Position numbers and translations under genes: made by a program. Shown here piece by piece: positions 51,519 through 60,110 of a stretch of DNA of 64,000 nt. Where the stretch lies: the IMG/VR virus record IMGVR_UViG_3300021387_001709, positions 96,001 to 160,000 of that record; one strand, 5' to 3'. The first letter of the stretch is position 1. The number at the start of each line of letters is the position of its first letter. Below the pieces are notes generated by a model that did not search any database, had not been told where the DNA came from, and saw nothing but the letters and a program-made list of their open reading frames with translations. Source of the DNA: a virus (taxonomy: Duplodnaviria; Caudoviricetes).

Positions 51519-51728
51519 ATGAGAGTAACAACTTACCGAAATAACAGAAATCCACACAAATTCCTCGATGTCAAGCATACCGCCGACCGTCACTACATGT
51601 GGCGGCAGCGAATGGTGTTTGATAACGGAGTAACCAATCATGTCGGTACTCCCAAAGGTGGATTTCGCCGGCAGAGTAAGGCAACTATTGATGAAGTGTT
51701 GATGGATTATGAGGAGGTAATAGCATGA
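51519..51728 (+). CDS. hypothetical protein
   Basis: RBS AAGGAG. Confidence 0.6.
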   Translation: MRVTTYRNNRNPHKFLDVKHTADRHYMWRQRMVFDNGVTNHVGTPKGGFRRQSKATIDEVLMDYEEVIA

Positions 51729-52000
51729 ATATGAGTTATTGCAGATACGAGAATACACTCCATGATCTTAGAGATTGCATCAATGATGCACTTGCCCATG
51801 TAAATGAAGAAGCGAAATACCCAGTGAGCAAGTCGGAAATTGGTTGCTTCCGTCGGATGGTAAAAGAATTTTACCAGATGATGGATTTCTGTGACATGAT
51901 TAACGATGACGGCACACTCAATGAAGAGGAACTCGATAATTGCTGCTCTATGATGGAACACGGATATGATGTGGATGACGATGATGAAGGGTGGTGGTAA
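51725..52000 (+). CDS. hypothetical protein
   Basis: NMSYCRYENT..DL.DC motif. Confidence 0.65.
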   Translation: MNMSYCRYENTLHDLRDCINDALAHVNEEAKYPVSKSEIGCFRRMVKEFYQMMDFCDMINDDGTLNEEELDNCCSMMEHGYDVDDDDEGWW

Positions 52001-52002
52001 TT

Positions 52003-52197
52003 ATGGAAACGATTGAAAAGGAAGTATATGTCTTATATGGCTATATTTTCGACCCGAGTCATTACACTGTATTCGGTGTATATGAGAACTTGCAAGACGC
52101 AAAAGAGAAATATGCGGAGTTAAAAAAGTATGAAAAATATGGCGCAAATATAAAAGACAAAGTTATTAAAGCAGTGATGAATGCAGAGGAGAAATGA
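52003..52197 (+). CDS. hypothetical protein
   Basis: ORF in array. Confidence 0.55.
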   Translation: METIEKEVYVLYGYIFDPSHYTVFGVYENLQDAKEKYAELKKYEKYGANIKDKVIKAVMNAEEK

Positions 52198-52412
52198 TTA
52201 TGGATTTTGAAAAGGAAATCGAAGATAGCATCAAGGAAGCTATTAAAAACAATAGCTACATCGAAGCCGAAGACGGCGATGGAGTTCTTTTCCCAACGGT
52301 TGAGAACGTCCGGACATTTAAAGAAGCGAGTATTCTGACGACTGACAAGGGAGTTGTAATTGATTTGAATGACGGCTCCACCGTGTATCTTACAATCCAG
52401 GCATATAAATAA
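52194..52412 (+). CDS. hypothetical protein
   Basis: VRTFKEASILTTDKGVVI motif. Confidence 0.65.
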   Translation: MIMDFEKEIEDSIKEAIKNNSYIEAEDGDGVLFPTVENVRTFKEASILTTDKGVVIDLNDGSTVYLTIQAYK

Positions 52413-52424
52413 GGAGGATTAGCT

Positions 52425-52727
52425 ATGAAAATGACGCCGGAGTTTAGAGAGTTCCTTGAGGAATTTGAATTGACACATTATTTTGACCTTGGTTACGAAC
52501 GGGACTTGCTCGTAGCATATGAATTATCCAAGAGAGTTCCATCAATCAAAACATTCGAGGACTTCGATGCTTACGCAGAGGTTCTCGAATCAAAGAAACT
52601 TGACCATGACATAGACTACTATATGTACAACAAGGCACTTGAAAAAGTGTTAGGTCATCCGGTGTTTAATGACGAGGATGAAGATGAAGACTTTTGGGAT
52701 AAGATTATTGACGAAGAAGGGAGATAA
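52425..52727 (+). CDS. hypothetical protein
   Basis: RBS AGGAGG. Confidence 0.65.
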   Translation: MKMTPEFREFLEEFELTHYFDLGYERDLLVAYELSKRVPSIKTFEDFDAYAEVLESKKLDHDIDYYMYNKALEKVLGHPVFNDEDEDEDFWDKIIDEEGR

Positions 52728-52731
52728 TACT

Positions 52732-52932
52732 ATGTTGACGATTGACAATTTACTCGACTACACAAACCTTGAAGGCCCAGTAAGAGTAACTCGCTGGACG
52801 GATGATGGTTGCGAAGTTCTCTTTGAGGATGACGCATGGGAACTCAGCCGTGTCGATGCTGATTGGATGAACACGGAAATTCGAGTTATATTCCCTGGTA
52901 CCGACGGAAAACTTGTTATTGAGGTAGCATAA
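52732..52932 (+). CDS. hypothetical protein
   Basis: RBS GGGAG. Confidence 0.6.
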   Translation: MLTIDNLLDYTNLEGPVRVTRWTDDGCEVLFEDDAWELSRVDADWMNTEIRVIFPGTDGKLVIEVA

Positions 52933-52948
52933 GAAGGGGGGTGATTAC

Positions 52949-53425
52949 ATGACATTTAGAGATAGCGAAATAAACCAGATAGAAATCGACATGAATACTT
53001 TATGGATTTATGATGAAGAACAGCAAAGGGTAGTGGTTGATTTTTATCCAGGATATTCAATACGGAGACGAGTACTGGATTTTCTCGGCTTGGATTTGGA
53101 TAACATCTTCACCGACATGTGGCTTGATGCCACGGCGATGATCGATCCGGTTCGCCGGATTGTAACGGGATTGTACTTCGAGGTTCCGCTTGACGAGTAT
53201 AACGGGATGCCGCCAACGGAGTTGTCACTGTCGATTACTAACTATCCCGAGGGTAAGTTGTTCTTCGACCGCCTTATGGAAACAAGCAACGGCGGTCTTG
53301 AAGAATTTATTAAAGAGTATGATGACGCTGCTCCAAAACTTAAGCATCATACGCTTGACCCAATACTCTATAAAACAAATATCCTCGGCGAATTTGGAAC
53401 CGGGAAAGCTTACGAAAGGAAATGA
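52949..53425 (+). CDS. hypothetical protein
   Basis: ORF with RBS. Confidence 0.65.
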   Translation: MTFRDSEINQIEIDMNTLWIYDEEQQRVVVDFYPGYSIRRRVLDFLGLDLDNIFTDMWLDATAMIDPVRRIVTGLYFEVPLDEYNGMPPTELSLSITNYPEGKLFFDRLMETSNGGLEEFIKEYDDAAPKLKHHTLDPILYKTNILGEFGTGKAYERK

Positions 53426-53429
53426 TTAT

Positions 53430-53648
53430 ATGATTACAGCAAAAGGAATTAAAAAAGCGGTTCGCGCTAATGAAAGATACATCGACATTCCGAGCCGCTC
53501 CCATATGGATAACATGGTTTATTTTGTCGCTGACTTATTAAAGGAATCCGGTGACGTGGAAACAGCGGCTAAGGTGAGGGAATTCTATGGAAAACTGGAA
53601 GACATGGATACAGCCAAACTTGTGAAAGAAAGAATCTGGATTGGGTAA
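53430..53648 (+). CDS. hypothetical protein
   Basis: RBS AAAGGA. Confidence 0.55.
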   Translation: MITAKGIKKAVRANERYIDIPSRSHMDNMVYFVADLLKESGDVETAAKVREFYGKLEDMDTAKLVKERIWIG

Positions 53649-53685
53649 CAATGAAAACCGAGTTTAATCAAAAGGAGAAATCATT

Positions 53686-53970
53686 ATGAGAAAATACGTA
53701 GTAGTTAAGACACACAACTTCGACACAGAAACAGAAGCGACAGAGTTTAATGACTATAGAAAAGCAACCGCTTATCTTCACTGGATGTGGGAAACATATC
53801 TCAATGAAGAGATTGCAAATGATAGCGATCTTGACGAAGAATGGTGTTATCACGAAGAAACCTATGGAAGGATTCGGTGGAAAGACGGAGATTATACAGA
53901 ATTCAATCTGATTGAAGTTTATGAACCTAGGGAAGACTTCCCGGTTAACTGGGAAAAATATGCAATGTAA
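53686..53970 (+). CDS. cassette protein, paralog of 54038-54322
   Basis: HNFD...KA.AYLHW.WE.Y.NEEI shared. Confidence 0.7.
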   Translation: MRKYVVVKTHNFDTETEATEFNDYRKATAYLHWMWETYLNEEIANDSDLDEEWCYHEETYGRIRWKDGDYTEFNLIEVYEPREDFPVNWEKYAM

Positions 53971-54037
53971 TAAAACAACGATTTCATAGGGAAGCATACC
54001 ACAATATATAGTATATAAATGAAAGGAGATGCACGAT

Positions 54038-54322
54038 ATGATGTATGCAGTAGTAATTAATCACAACTTTGATGCCGATACAAGAGTAACCGTGTTTGAT
54101 AATTATGATAAGGCAAAGGCTTATCTTCACTGGATTTGGGAAAAATATTATAACGAGGAGATAGAGGCCGAGAGTCATCTGAATGAAGCAGATTGTTGGC
54201 ATCAGGATGAACTCGCAAAAGTAACATGGGATGATGGGTGTTACACATATTTTGAACTTGTCAGTCCTTATGAAAAACCCGAGGAAGAATTCAATCAGAT
54301 TGATTGGAAACGCTACCTGTAA
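54038..54322 (+). CDS. cassette protein, paralog of 53686-53970
   Basis: Shared motifs. Confidence 0.7.
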   Translation: MMYAVVINHNFDADTRVTVFDNYDKAKAYLHWIWEKYYNEEIEAESHLNEADCWHQDELAKVTWDDGCYTYFELVSPYEKPEEEFNQIDWKRYL

Positions 54323-54350
54323 TAAAACGATTATTGAAGGGAGAACGCCT

Positions 54351-54596
54351 ATGAAATCTTGGTTTGTGTATCTTATCAACGGAAAAAAGATTGGCACCTG
54401 GGCGAACAACACAGAAGAAGCAGAGAGAAATCTGAGAACTGAATATGGTGATGTACCAATGGAATTCATTGGTATTAACTACGGAAAACTTGGCGCACAG
54501 CCAGAGAAAGTAATCCATCGTGGAATGAGTGCGGTGGACACAATGATTGCAACTGGAATGATGAACATGCTTGTTGGTCTTAGATATGGGAGGTGA
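54351..54596 (+). CDS. cassette protein, paralog of 49849-50088
   Basis: Shared motifs. Confidence 0.7.
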   Translation: MKSWFVYLINGKKIGTWANNTEEAERNLRTEYGDVPMEFIGINYGKLGAQPEKVIHRGMSAVDTMIATGMMNMLVGLRYGR

Positions 54597-54600
54597 TCAC

Positions 54601-54771
54601 ATGGATAAAAATAAACTGCGTGTAAAAGTAGAGGCAATAGCGGAAGCATTTGAAAATTATTGTGAAACACTTGATGCAACAGAATATGAGTTATTCTATG
54701 ACGCACTTAATGATGTACTTGCACTTTGTGATGGAAATGATGTTTCGGCAATTTGTAACGACAACAAATAA
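54601..54771 (+). CDS. hypothetical protein
   Basis: RBS GGAGG. Confidence 0.55.
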   Translation: MDKNKLRVKVEAIAEAFENYCETLDATEYELFYDALNDVLALCDGNDVSAICNDNK

Positions 54772-54799
54772 AACGGTTATTTGAAAGGAGACACAAGAT

Positions 54800-55009
54800 A
54801 TGGAAAACAATATTAAACTTTACAACGTAATCGGAACTGATGACCTTGAAGGCACGACATTTTGCAGATGTACGTCTTATGAGAAAGCACTCAATGCTTT
54901 AGAACTTTTAGAAGACCAGGGATTTGATGGGTTACTTGATATAGTTCAGGATGAAATGCCTGTTGATGTTATAGAAATTGACGGAGTTCTTGTGGAATTA
55001 GAAGACTAA
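54800..55009 (+). CDS. cassette hypothetical protein
   Basis: Bounded by 18-bp sites. Confidence 0.65.
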   Translation: MENNIKLYNVIGTDDLEGTTFCRCTSYEKALNALELLEDQGFDGLLDIVQDEMPVDVIEIDGVLVELED

Positions 55010-55042
55010 TAAAAGATAGGTTTGATGAAGGGAGATGATTCT

Positions 55043-55315
55043 ATGGCAATAACTCGTACATGGAAAGTATACGGTGCGGACGGTCATCGGCAGCGTGAAA
55101 GTTTTGGTCCATCGGTCAAGTGGGATTGGTCAAATAAGGAAGACGGTGTTCGGATTTTCGAGGCTAATAACTTCGATAAGACCGGCACACATGATTACTC
55201 GATTATCCGTATTACTCGTAACACTTGGGAAGAATGTGACGAGGAAATGGAAGGGCAGATAAGTGATGGATACTTTGAAAATTCAAGAGTTGGCAAGGTA
55301 GTTGAGGTTATTTAA
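55043..55315 (+). CDS. cassette hypothetical protein
   Basis: WKVYGADGHRQRESF...GQISDGYFEN. Confidence 0.7.
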   Translation: MAITRTWKVYGADGHRQRESFGPSVKWDWSNKEDGVRIFEANNFDKTGTHDYSIIRITRNTWEECDEEMEGQISDGYFENSRVGKVVEVI

Positions 55316-55333
55316 AGAGAGGAGAATAGCAAA

Positions 55334-55564
55334 ATGTCAATAGGCTCATTAGTAAAGGTAATTGTTGACATGCCGGACGGTTGCTATAACACCCATGTTT
55401 ATGGTGAAATCGGCGTTATAAGCGAAATATACCGCTATGATAACGGCACGTATGATTATACCGTCCATAATAAATATGGCGATTTTGTGTACGGTCGCGA
55501 TCAGATAAGGGAACTTACAGACAAGGAGTGTAGAGATGCACTGCATGATATGTTGATTAATTAA
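55334..55564 (+). CDS. hypothetical SH3-like protein
   Basis: IGSLVKV...GEIGVI pattern. Confidence 0.6.
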   Translation: MSIGSLVKVIVDMPDGCYNTHVYGEIGVISEIYRYDNGTYDYTVHNKYGDFVYGRDQIRELTDKECRDALHDMLIN

Positions 55565-55576
55565 GGAGATAGCATT

Positions 55577-55906
55577 ATGTTGAATCCGAAACAGAATCTT
55601 ATCCGATTAATAAAAGAAATCAGTTCGAAGAGCGACGCAGAAACGATTGTATCAGATACAATGTACGGTATATTTTCAACACCAGGTCAGTTATATTCGT
55701 TAGCAGATAATACTAATAAAGAGTTGTGTATTGAGTTCCTTTCGACTGACTACAAAAGAAAAGAAGATATCTATGGTAGCAATCCGAACGTAAACGAGTA
55801 TGCTCTCGTTGTGTTCTGGAATGATGATATTGTATATGATGAATACTTCCAGCACGATGTTACGGATAAGATGATAGAAGAAGTGAAAGAGATTTGGTAT
55901 CAATAA
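55577..55906 (+). CDS. hypothetical protein
   Basis: RBS AAGGAG. Confidence 0.65.
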   Translation: MLNPKQNLIRLIKEISSKSDAETIVSDTMYGIFSTPGQLYSLADNTNKELCIEFLSTDYKRKEDIYGSNPNVNEYALVVFWNDDIVYDEYFQHDVTDKMIEEVKEIWYQ

Positions 55907-55930
55907 AAAACAGCTTTTATAGAAGGGAGA

Positions 55931-56206
55931 ATGCAAATGAAATATGTTGTAACCGCATACGTTGATGAGAACAAGAAGTACGAGGTAAATGTAACTGTAA
56001 AGCGTAATGCCAAAAAGAGAACGGTATTTATTAAATGCATGAATGCGGTTGGTCAGATGTTAGTAAATGATAAAATCCTCACCACAGGCAAATACGGATT
56101 TGAAACTCCGTGTTTAAATAATGGCTGTCTTGGTGCTGCATGGTTTAACGATCCATTCATTAATATAACTATTCAAGAAGAAACCGGTGCCTGGATAGCA
56201 CTCTAA
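55931..56206 (+). CDS. cassette hypothetical protein
   Basis: Bounded by junction sites. Confidence 0.65.
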   Translation: MQMKYVVTAYVDENKKYEVNVTVKRNAKKRTVFIKCMNAVGQMLVNDKILTTGKYGFETPCLNNGCLGAAWFNDPFINITIQEETGAWIAL

Positions 56207-56239
56207 TGAAACCGGTTTTATGAAGGGAGAAGTGGTCAC

Positions 56240-56443
56240 ATGAAGAATGAATTGGTAATCTGGATTGACGGGACTATGTCATATATTTATTTCAAGACAA
56301 ATCAGACAACAGCCGAACATGCTCTTGCAGAATTCGACGTATTGATGGATCGACTTGGAGTAGATACATGCAATTTAGGTATCTCTGAAATTGAATTAAG
56401 AGATGCAAACACAAACGAAACTATTGACAAAGTTGTGTACTAA
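56240..56443 (+). CDS. cassette hypothetical protein
   Basis: Bounded by junction sites. Confidence 0.65.
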   Translation: MKNELVIWIDGTMSYIYFKTNQTTAEHALAEFDVLMDRLGVDTCNLGISEIELRDANTNETIDKVVY

Positions 56444-56473
56444 TAAAACTAGCCTTTGAGAGGAGATGATAAT

Positions 56474-56665
56474 ATGACAGTAAAGGAACTCACAAATATT
56501 CTCAATACTTGCGATCCGGATATTCAGGTTGTGATTTTCCAGAAAGGAAATAATGATCCATATTCCGTAAGATACGGAATTAAATCTGTAGAACAGGTTG
56601 AGAATTATTCATTGCATGACGAAGATGAATGGCCGTATACAGTAGAAATCAGAATAGGTAGATAA
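56474..56665 (+). CDS. hypothetical protein (MTVKEL family)
   Basis: MTVKEL..IL...DPD..V. Confidence 0.65.
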   Translation: MTVKELTNILNTCDPDIQVVIFQKGNNDPYSVRYGIKSVEQVENYSLHDEDEWPYTVEIRIGR

Positions 56666-56684
56666 AATGAATGGAGATGATTAC

Positions 56685-56852
56685 ATGAAAACATATATCA
56701 TTGATTACGTTGTTGGTAACACATATAAAGTAAAGAAAATAAAAGCGGAAACGGTTGAACAGGCAATCAGGAAAGCAAGAGTTAAATCGATTGTTGATAT
56801 TAACATTGAAGAATACATCGTGAAAGATAAGTATCAGCTGAGAGACTTTTAA
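56685..56852 (+). CDS. hypothetical protein
   Basis: RBS GGAG. Confidence 0.55.
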   Translation: MKTYIIDYVVGNTYKVKKIKAETVEQAIRKARVKSIVDINIEEYIVKDKYQLRDF

Positions 56853-56880
56853 TAAACGTTTAATGAAGGGAATTTATAAC

Positions 56881-57075
56881 ATGCCAAAAGAAATAGAACT
56901 GAGAACAAACTTAGACTGGGCCGGAGAATTCCAGACGATGGCAGAAAGAATGAGACTTTGTGGATCCGAAGAGCAGATGTATAGACAGCTTCAGAAGTTT
57001 AAAGAAGAATTCAATAGCGAGTACGGAAGACTTAGCAGAACGCAGCGAAGTAAAACCGGGTTTAGATGGAAATAA
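56881..57075 (+). CDS. cassette hypothetical protein
   Basis: Bounded by junction sites. Confidence 0.6.
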   Translation: MPKEIELRTNLDWAGEFQTMAERMRLCGSEEQMYRQLQKFKEEFNSEYGRLSRTQRSKTGFRWK

Positions 57076-57105
57076 AACACACGTTTGATGAAAGGAGAGA
57101 ATTAT

Positions 57106-57516
57106 ATGTCAACAAGATCTTATGTAGGAATTATTAAAGATGGTATGGTTAAATATGGATATCATCATTGTGATTCACATTTAGAATCACTTGGTATTGA
57201 GTTATTCAACATCAAGACGGAATCTGAATTGCTCACTAAAATTGATGCTCTTGCGGAATTTGATATGGGTGGTTGTGTATCTGTAAATGATTATTTCAGA
57301 ATACCAAAAGAAGATGTATTCATGGAATTCTGTTATGGATTCAATGTTGATGATAATGAATGGTATGTAAGTTCATGTCATTTTATAAATCAGGACAAAA
57401 TGTACAAGCTGACTGAGTTGATTAAAAATGATGAAGAAATGGAACATTATCTTGATATGTATTATGAAAGATATAGAAAAGAAATATTAAATATAATTAG
57501 AAATGGGATTAAATGA
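57106..57516 (+). CDS. cassette protein (MSTRS..G family)
   Basis: MSTRSYVG...YHHCD; bounded by 18-bp sites. Confidence 0.7.
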   Translation: MSTRSYVGIIKDGMVKYGYHHCDSHLESLGIELFNIKTESELLTKIDALAEFDMGGCVSVNDYFRIPKEDVFMEFCYGFNVDDNEWYVSSCHFINQDKMYKLTELIKNDEEMEHYLDMYYERYRKEILNIIRNGIK

Positions 57517-57544
57517 AAATCAAGTTTGATAGGAGGAAAACATT

Positions 57545-57886
57545 ATGAAGAACTATAGAGTCGTAGTAAATTTTAGTTTTTTCGGAGCAGACGATGAGTT
57601 CTATGTGGAAGCTGACAACGAAAACAAGGCAAAGGAAATCGCCTTAGATCTTGCAAGTGAGAACCTCGACGTCGTTTCTGTTGATGTAGATGATGACGAT
57701 GATTCATTCGTTAAGGACTACAGAGTCACGGTTAACTTTGGCTTTGTAGGTTGTGACGAAGAGTATATTGTTGATGCAACCAATAAGGAAGTGGCTATGG
57801 ATGATGCCCTCCAGTGGGCGAAGGACGAACTTAGGATTGTGTCCATTGAAAAAGCTGATGACTATGATAATGAAGAAGGGAGATGA
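57545..57886 (+). CDS. protein with an internal tandem domain duplication
   Basis: KNYRVVVNFSFFGADDEFYVEA / KDYRVTVNFGFVGCDEEYIVDA. Confidence 0.7.
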   Translation: MKNYRVVVNFSFFGADDEFYVEADNENKAKEIALDLASENLDVVSVDVDDDDDSFVKDYRVTVNFGFVGCDEEYIVDATNKEVAMDDALQWAKDELRIVSIEKADDYDNEEGR

Positions 57887-57890
57887 TATT

Positions 57891-58055
57891 ATGAAGTACG
57901 AAGTAGTAATAACCTATGAAGAAAAACACCGTTATTTCGTTGAAGCAGAAAACGAGGAAGAAGCGAAAAAGATTGCATGTGCCAGAGATGAAAAGGACGA
58001 TGATAATGATGGTATGTGCTGGGGCACTGATTATGATGTATGCGTTGTCGATTAA
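57891..58055 (+). CDS. DpnD/PcfM-like small protein
   Basis: MKYEVVIT...VEAENEEEAKKIA. Confidence 0.55.
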   Translation: MKYEVVITYEEKHRYFVEAENEEEAKKIACARDEKDDDNDGMCWGTDYDVCVVD

Positions 58056-58226
58056 GGAGGGACACAAATGGAATTCAGAACCGCAATTGTAGACGAAACG
58101 GGCTGCGTAATGTTTTGGGTTGACACACTCCAGGGTGACGATCAGGTAGAGGCAATTCTTACAGCCCATCTGGAGTGGTCATGTGTAGCGATTGAGCAGT
58201 GATTATTAAAGAAGGGAGATAATCTG

Positions 58227-58592
58227 ATGAGAGGAAAAATTGTAGAACTGGTTGACAGCTTCAATAAAGATAAAACATATTGCAAATACATTAGCAATAG
58301 GGGTATCAATTATCAGTTGCTCGAAGGTATGACAATTGGTAAAGGTCGTTTTACCTCGAATATGGTGTTTATCATTTTAGAAATAGACTGTAATTTAGAT
58401 TCCCACACGGAAAGCGAATTATTTAAACTTTGTGATTCGTGGTCTCAATTGGTCGATTTCCATTATATGGCCGGTGACGAAGAGACATATGGACTTGAAG
58501 AGGAGTATATAAAAGACGTTATTGATAAATATGAGGAAGACCATAAGGAACTGATTGACTTCATAATTGCTAACAACATAGAAACTTATTAA
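58227..58592 (+). CDS. hypothetical protein
   Basis: RBS GGGAG. Confidence 0.65.
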   Translation: MRGKIVELVDSFNKDKTYCKYISNRGINYQLLEGMTIGKGRFTSNMVFIILEIDCNLDSHTESELFKLCDSWSQLVDFHYMAGDEETYGLEEEYIKDVIDKYEEDHKELIDFIIANNIETY

Positions 58593-58610
58593 AGAATGGA
58601 GCGTGATACA

Positions 58611-58835
58611 ATGAGCAAGACAATAGAAAGCTGCGCAACTACAGACGGAAAGATGATGTGTGAATTGGTAACCGGCAAACACTACGGAGCAACGGTATAT
58701 GTGGTTCATGTGTATGAAACATCGGATTACGTAAATTATAAGGAAACTCACCGCTCTTATCCTACTGGCAACAAGGTAAAAGCGAAGACGCTGTATAAGA
58801 AGTATACAAACATTTACTTAAGGAATAGGAAATAA
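58611..58835 (+). CDS. hypothetical protein
   Basis: ORF in array. Confidence 0.6.
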   Translation: MSKTIESCATTDGKMMCELVTGKHYGATVYVVHVYETSDYVNYKETHRSYPTGNKVKAKTLYKKYTNIYLRNRK

Positions 58836-58854
58836 TTACTGAGGAGGAAGATAA

Positions 58855-59130
58855 ATGAAATTATTAAAAACACTGAGAGTTAATCAGAAAGCGAGAGTCA
58901 AACTTGATTACTTCATGGGGACAGACACTTACAAAGATATCTATCTGCCGATGGTCGTCAAGGCAGAATATCCTACATGGTATCTGTGTGAGGTGCTTCC
59001 CCATATGAATCCTCGCGGATGGAAAACATCTGCGCCGTATCCCGTAACAATCAGCAAATGGAATCTTGCTCACGGTTTTGTTAGCGTAATTCCATACAAT
59101 GAAAATAACCCCGTACTTTATATGGTATAA
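58855..59130 (+). CDS. hypothetical protein
   Basis: RBS GAGGAGG. Confidence 0.65.
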   Translation: MKLLKTLRVNQKARVKLDYFMGTDTYKDIYLPMVVKAEYPTWYLCEVLPHMNPRGWKTSAPYPVTISKWNLAHGFVSVIPYNENNPVLYMV

Positions 59131-59144
59131 ATGTGTCAATAACC

Positions 59145-59176
59145 AAAGGAACTGGCTTCGGCTAGTTCCTTTTTTA
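59145..59176 (+). terminator. intrinsic terminator
   Basis: AAAGGAACTGGC-TTCG-GCTAGTTCCTTTTTT. Confidence 0.75.
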
Positions 59177-59229
59177 TATAGAGAAAACAATTATTCATTA
59201 TTAATTAATTATTAAGGAGTGTGCGTATA

Positions 59230-60030
59230 ATGATGAGAAAAAAAGAATTCTTTGGAAGCTATGGAATCGAGTACAGAACAAAAGATAACAAAATCCTCGC
59301 ACCGTGGGGACAGTGGGTATCACTTCCGCTCACATGGGGTTCCAAAACTCATTGCTATGGATGGAGCATGTTAGCCGGTACAAAGTCCTGGAAAGTAGAG
59401 TTCAACGGCTCCACTCAGATTATGAAGGGAACTTGCCCACTTCAGTGTGAACATTGCTATGGTTGCAACGGCAGATATGCAATGGCTTCGGTATATAACA
59501 GCATTGCTTGGAAAACAGTAGCTGCTCGTCAGCATATGGATTGGCTCGAGAACGCTATCACCGCTCAGATTAACTGGGGCAAATATGGAAAACCGCTTGA
59601 CTTTGTCCGCGTCCATATCACCGGGGATTTCTTCTCGTTTGATTACATCAACATGTGGAAGCGCATCAAGGCAAACTGCCCGACCACTCGTATGTGGGCT
59701 TACACCAAGAACCCCGTTGCCGAGAACGCATTTGATGATGTTGAGGGATTCAACATTGTCAAGAGTTTGGTTCCTGGGTTTGGTCTGAATTATGGTCACT
59801 GCGATCATGTGATGGAAATGTACAAGGCATTGAGATCCGCCGGAATTGAAACGCATATTTGCAGATGTGCAGTTGACGGAGAACAGCATTGTGATAGCTG
59901 CCGAGCTTGCCAGGATCTGAAGCATGTTCTGTTTCTTGAGCATGGTACTAGCTACAATCCAGAAACGGATCCGCTCTGGGATGAGTTTGTTGCACTGGTT
60001 GAGAGTGAAGAAAATACTCGTCACATTTAA
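59230..60030 (+). CDS. Gp88-like protein with CxxxCxxC motif
   Basis: TCPLQCEHCY, VRVHITGDF, WAYTK, CDSCRAC. Confidence 0.7.
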   Translation: MMRKKEFFGSYGIEYRTKDNKILAPWGQWVSLPLTWGSKTHCYGWSMLAGTKSWKVEFNGSTQIMKGTCPLQCEHCYGCNGRYAMASVYNSIAWKTVAARQHMDWLENAITAQINWGKYGKPLDFVRVHITGDFFSFDYINMWKRIKANCPTTRMWAYTKNPVAENAFDDVEGFNIVKSLVPGFGLNYGHCDHVMEMYKALRSAGIETHICRCAVDGEQHCDSCRACQDLKHVLFLEHGTSYNPETDPLWDEFVALVESEENTRHI

Positions 60031-60062
60031 TAGAATCCATTGATTAATTATTAAATAAGGTA

Positions 60063-60091
60063 TTGACAAATAGAAAGGAATGTGGTAATAT
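60063..60091 (+). promoter_or_regulatory. sigmaA promoter preceded by operator-like 14-mer
   Basis: TTGACA-17-TAATAT; GATTAATTATTAAA at 60042. Confidence 0.6.
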
Positions 60092-60110
60092 GATGGGCGA
60101 AAAAAATAAT

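Larger units (their letters stand above)
49635..57530 (+). repeat. dispersed 18-bp junction sites AT(A/G)AAA-N6-TTTNA(T/A/G)
   Basis: Nine exact-spacing copies and three spacer variants, each between a stop codon and the next RBS. Confidence 0.75.

Noticed and set aside
53686-54596. Diversity-generating retroelement template/variable repeat pairs
   Set aside because: No reverse transcriptase in the window and the differences are not adenine-specific
49635-57530. CRISPR array or classical attC integron
   Set aside because: Units are whole genes, no cas genes are present, and the sites lack GTTRRRY boxes and long attC hairpins
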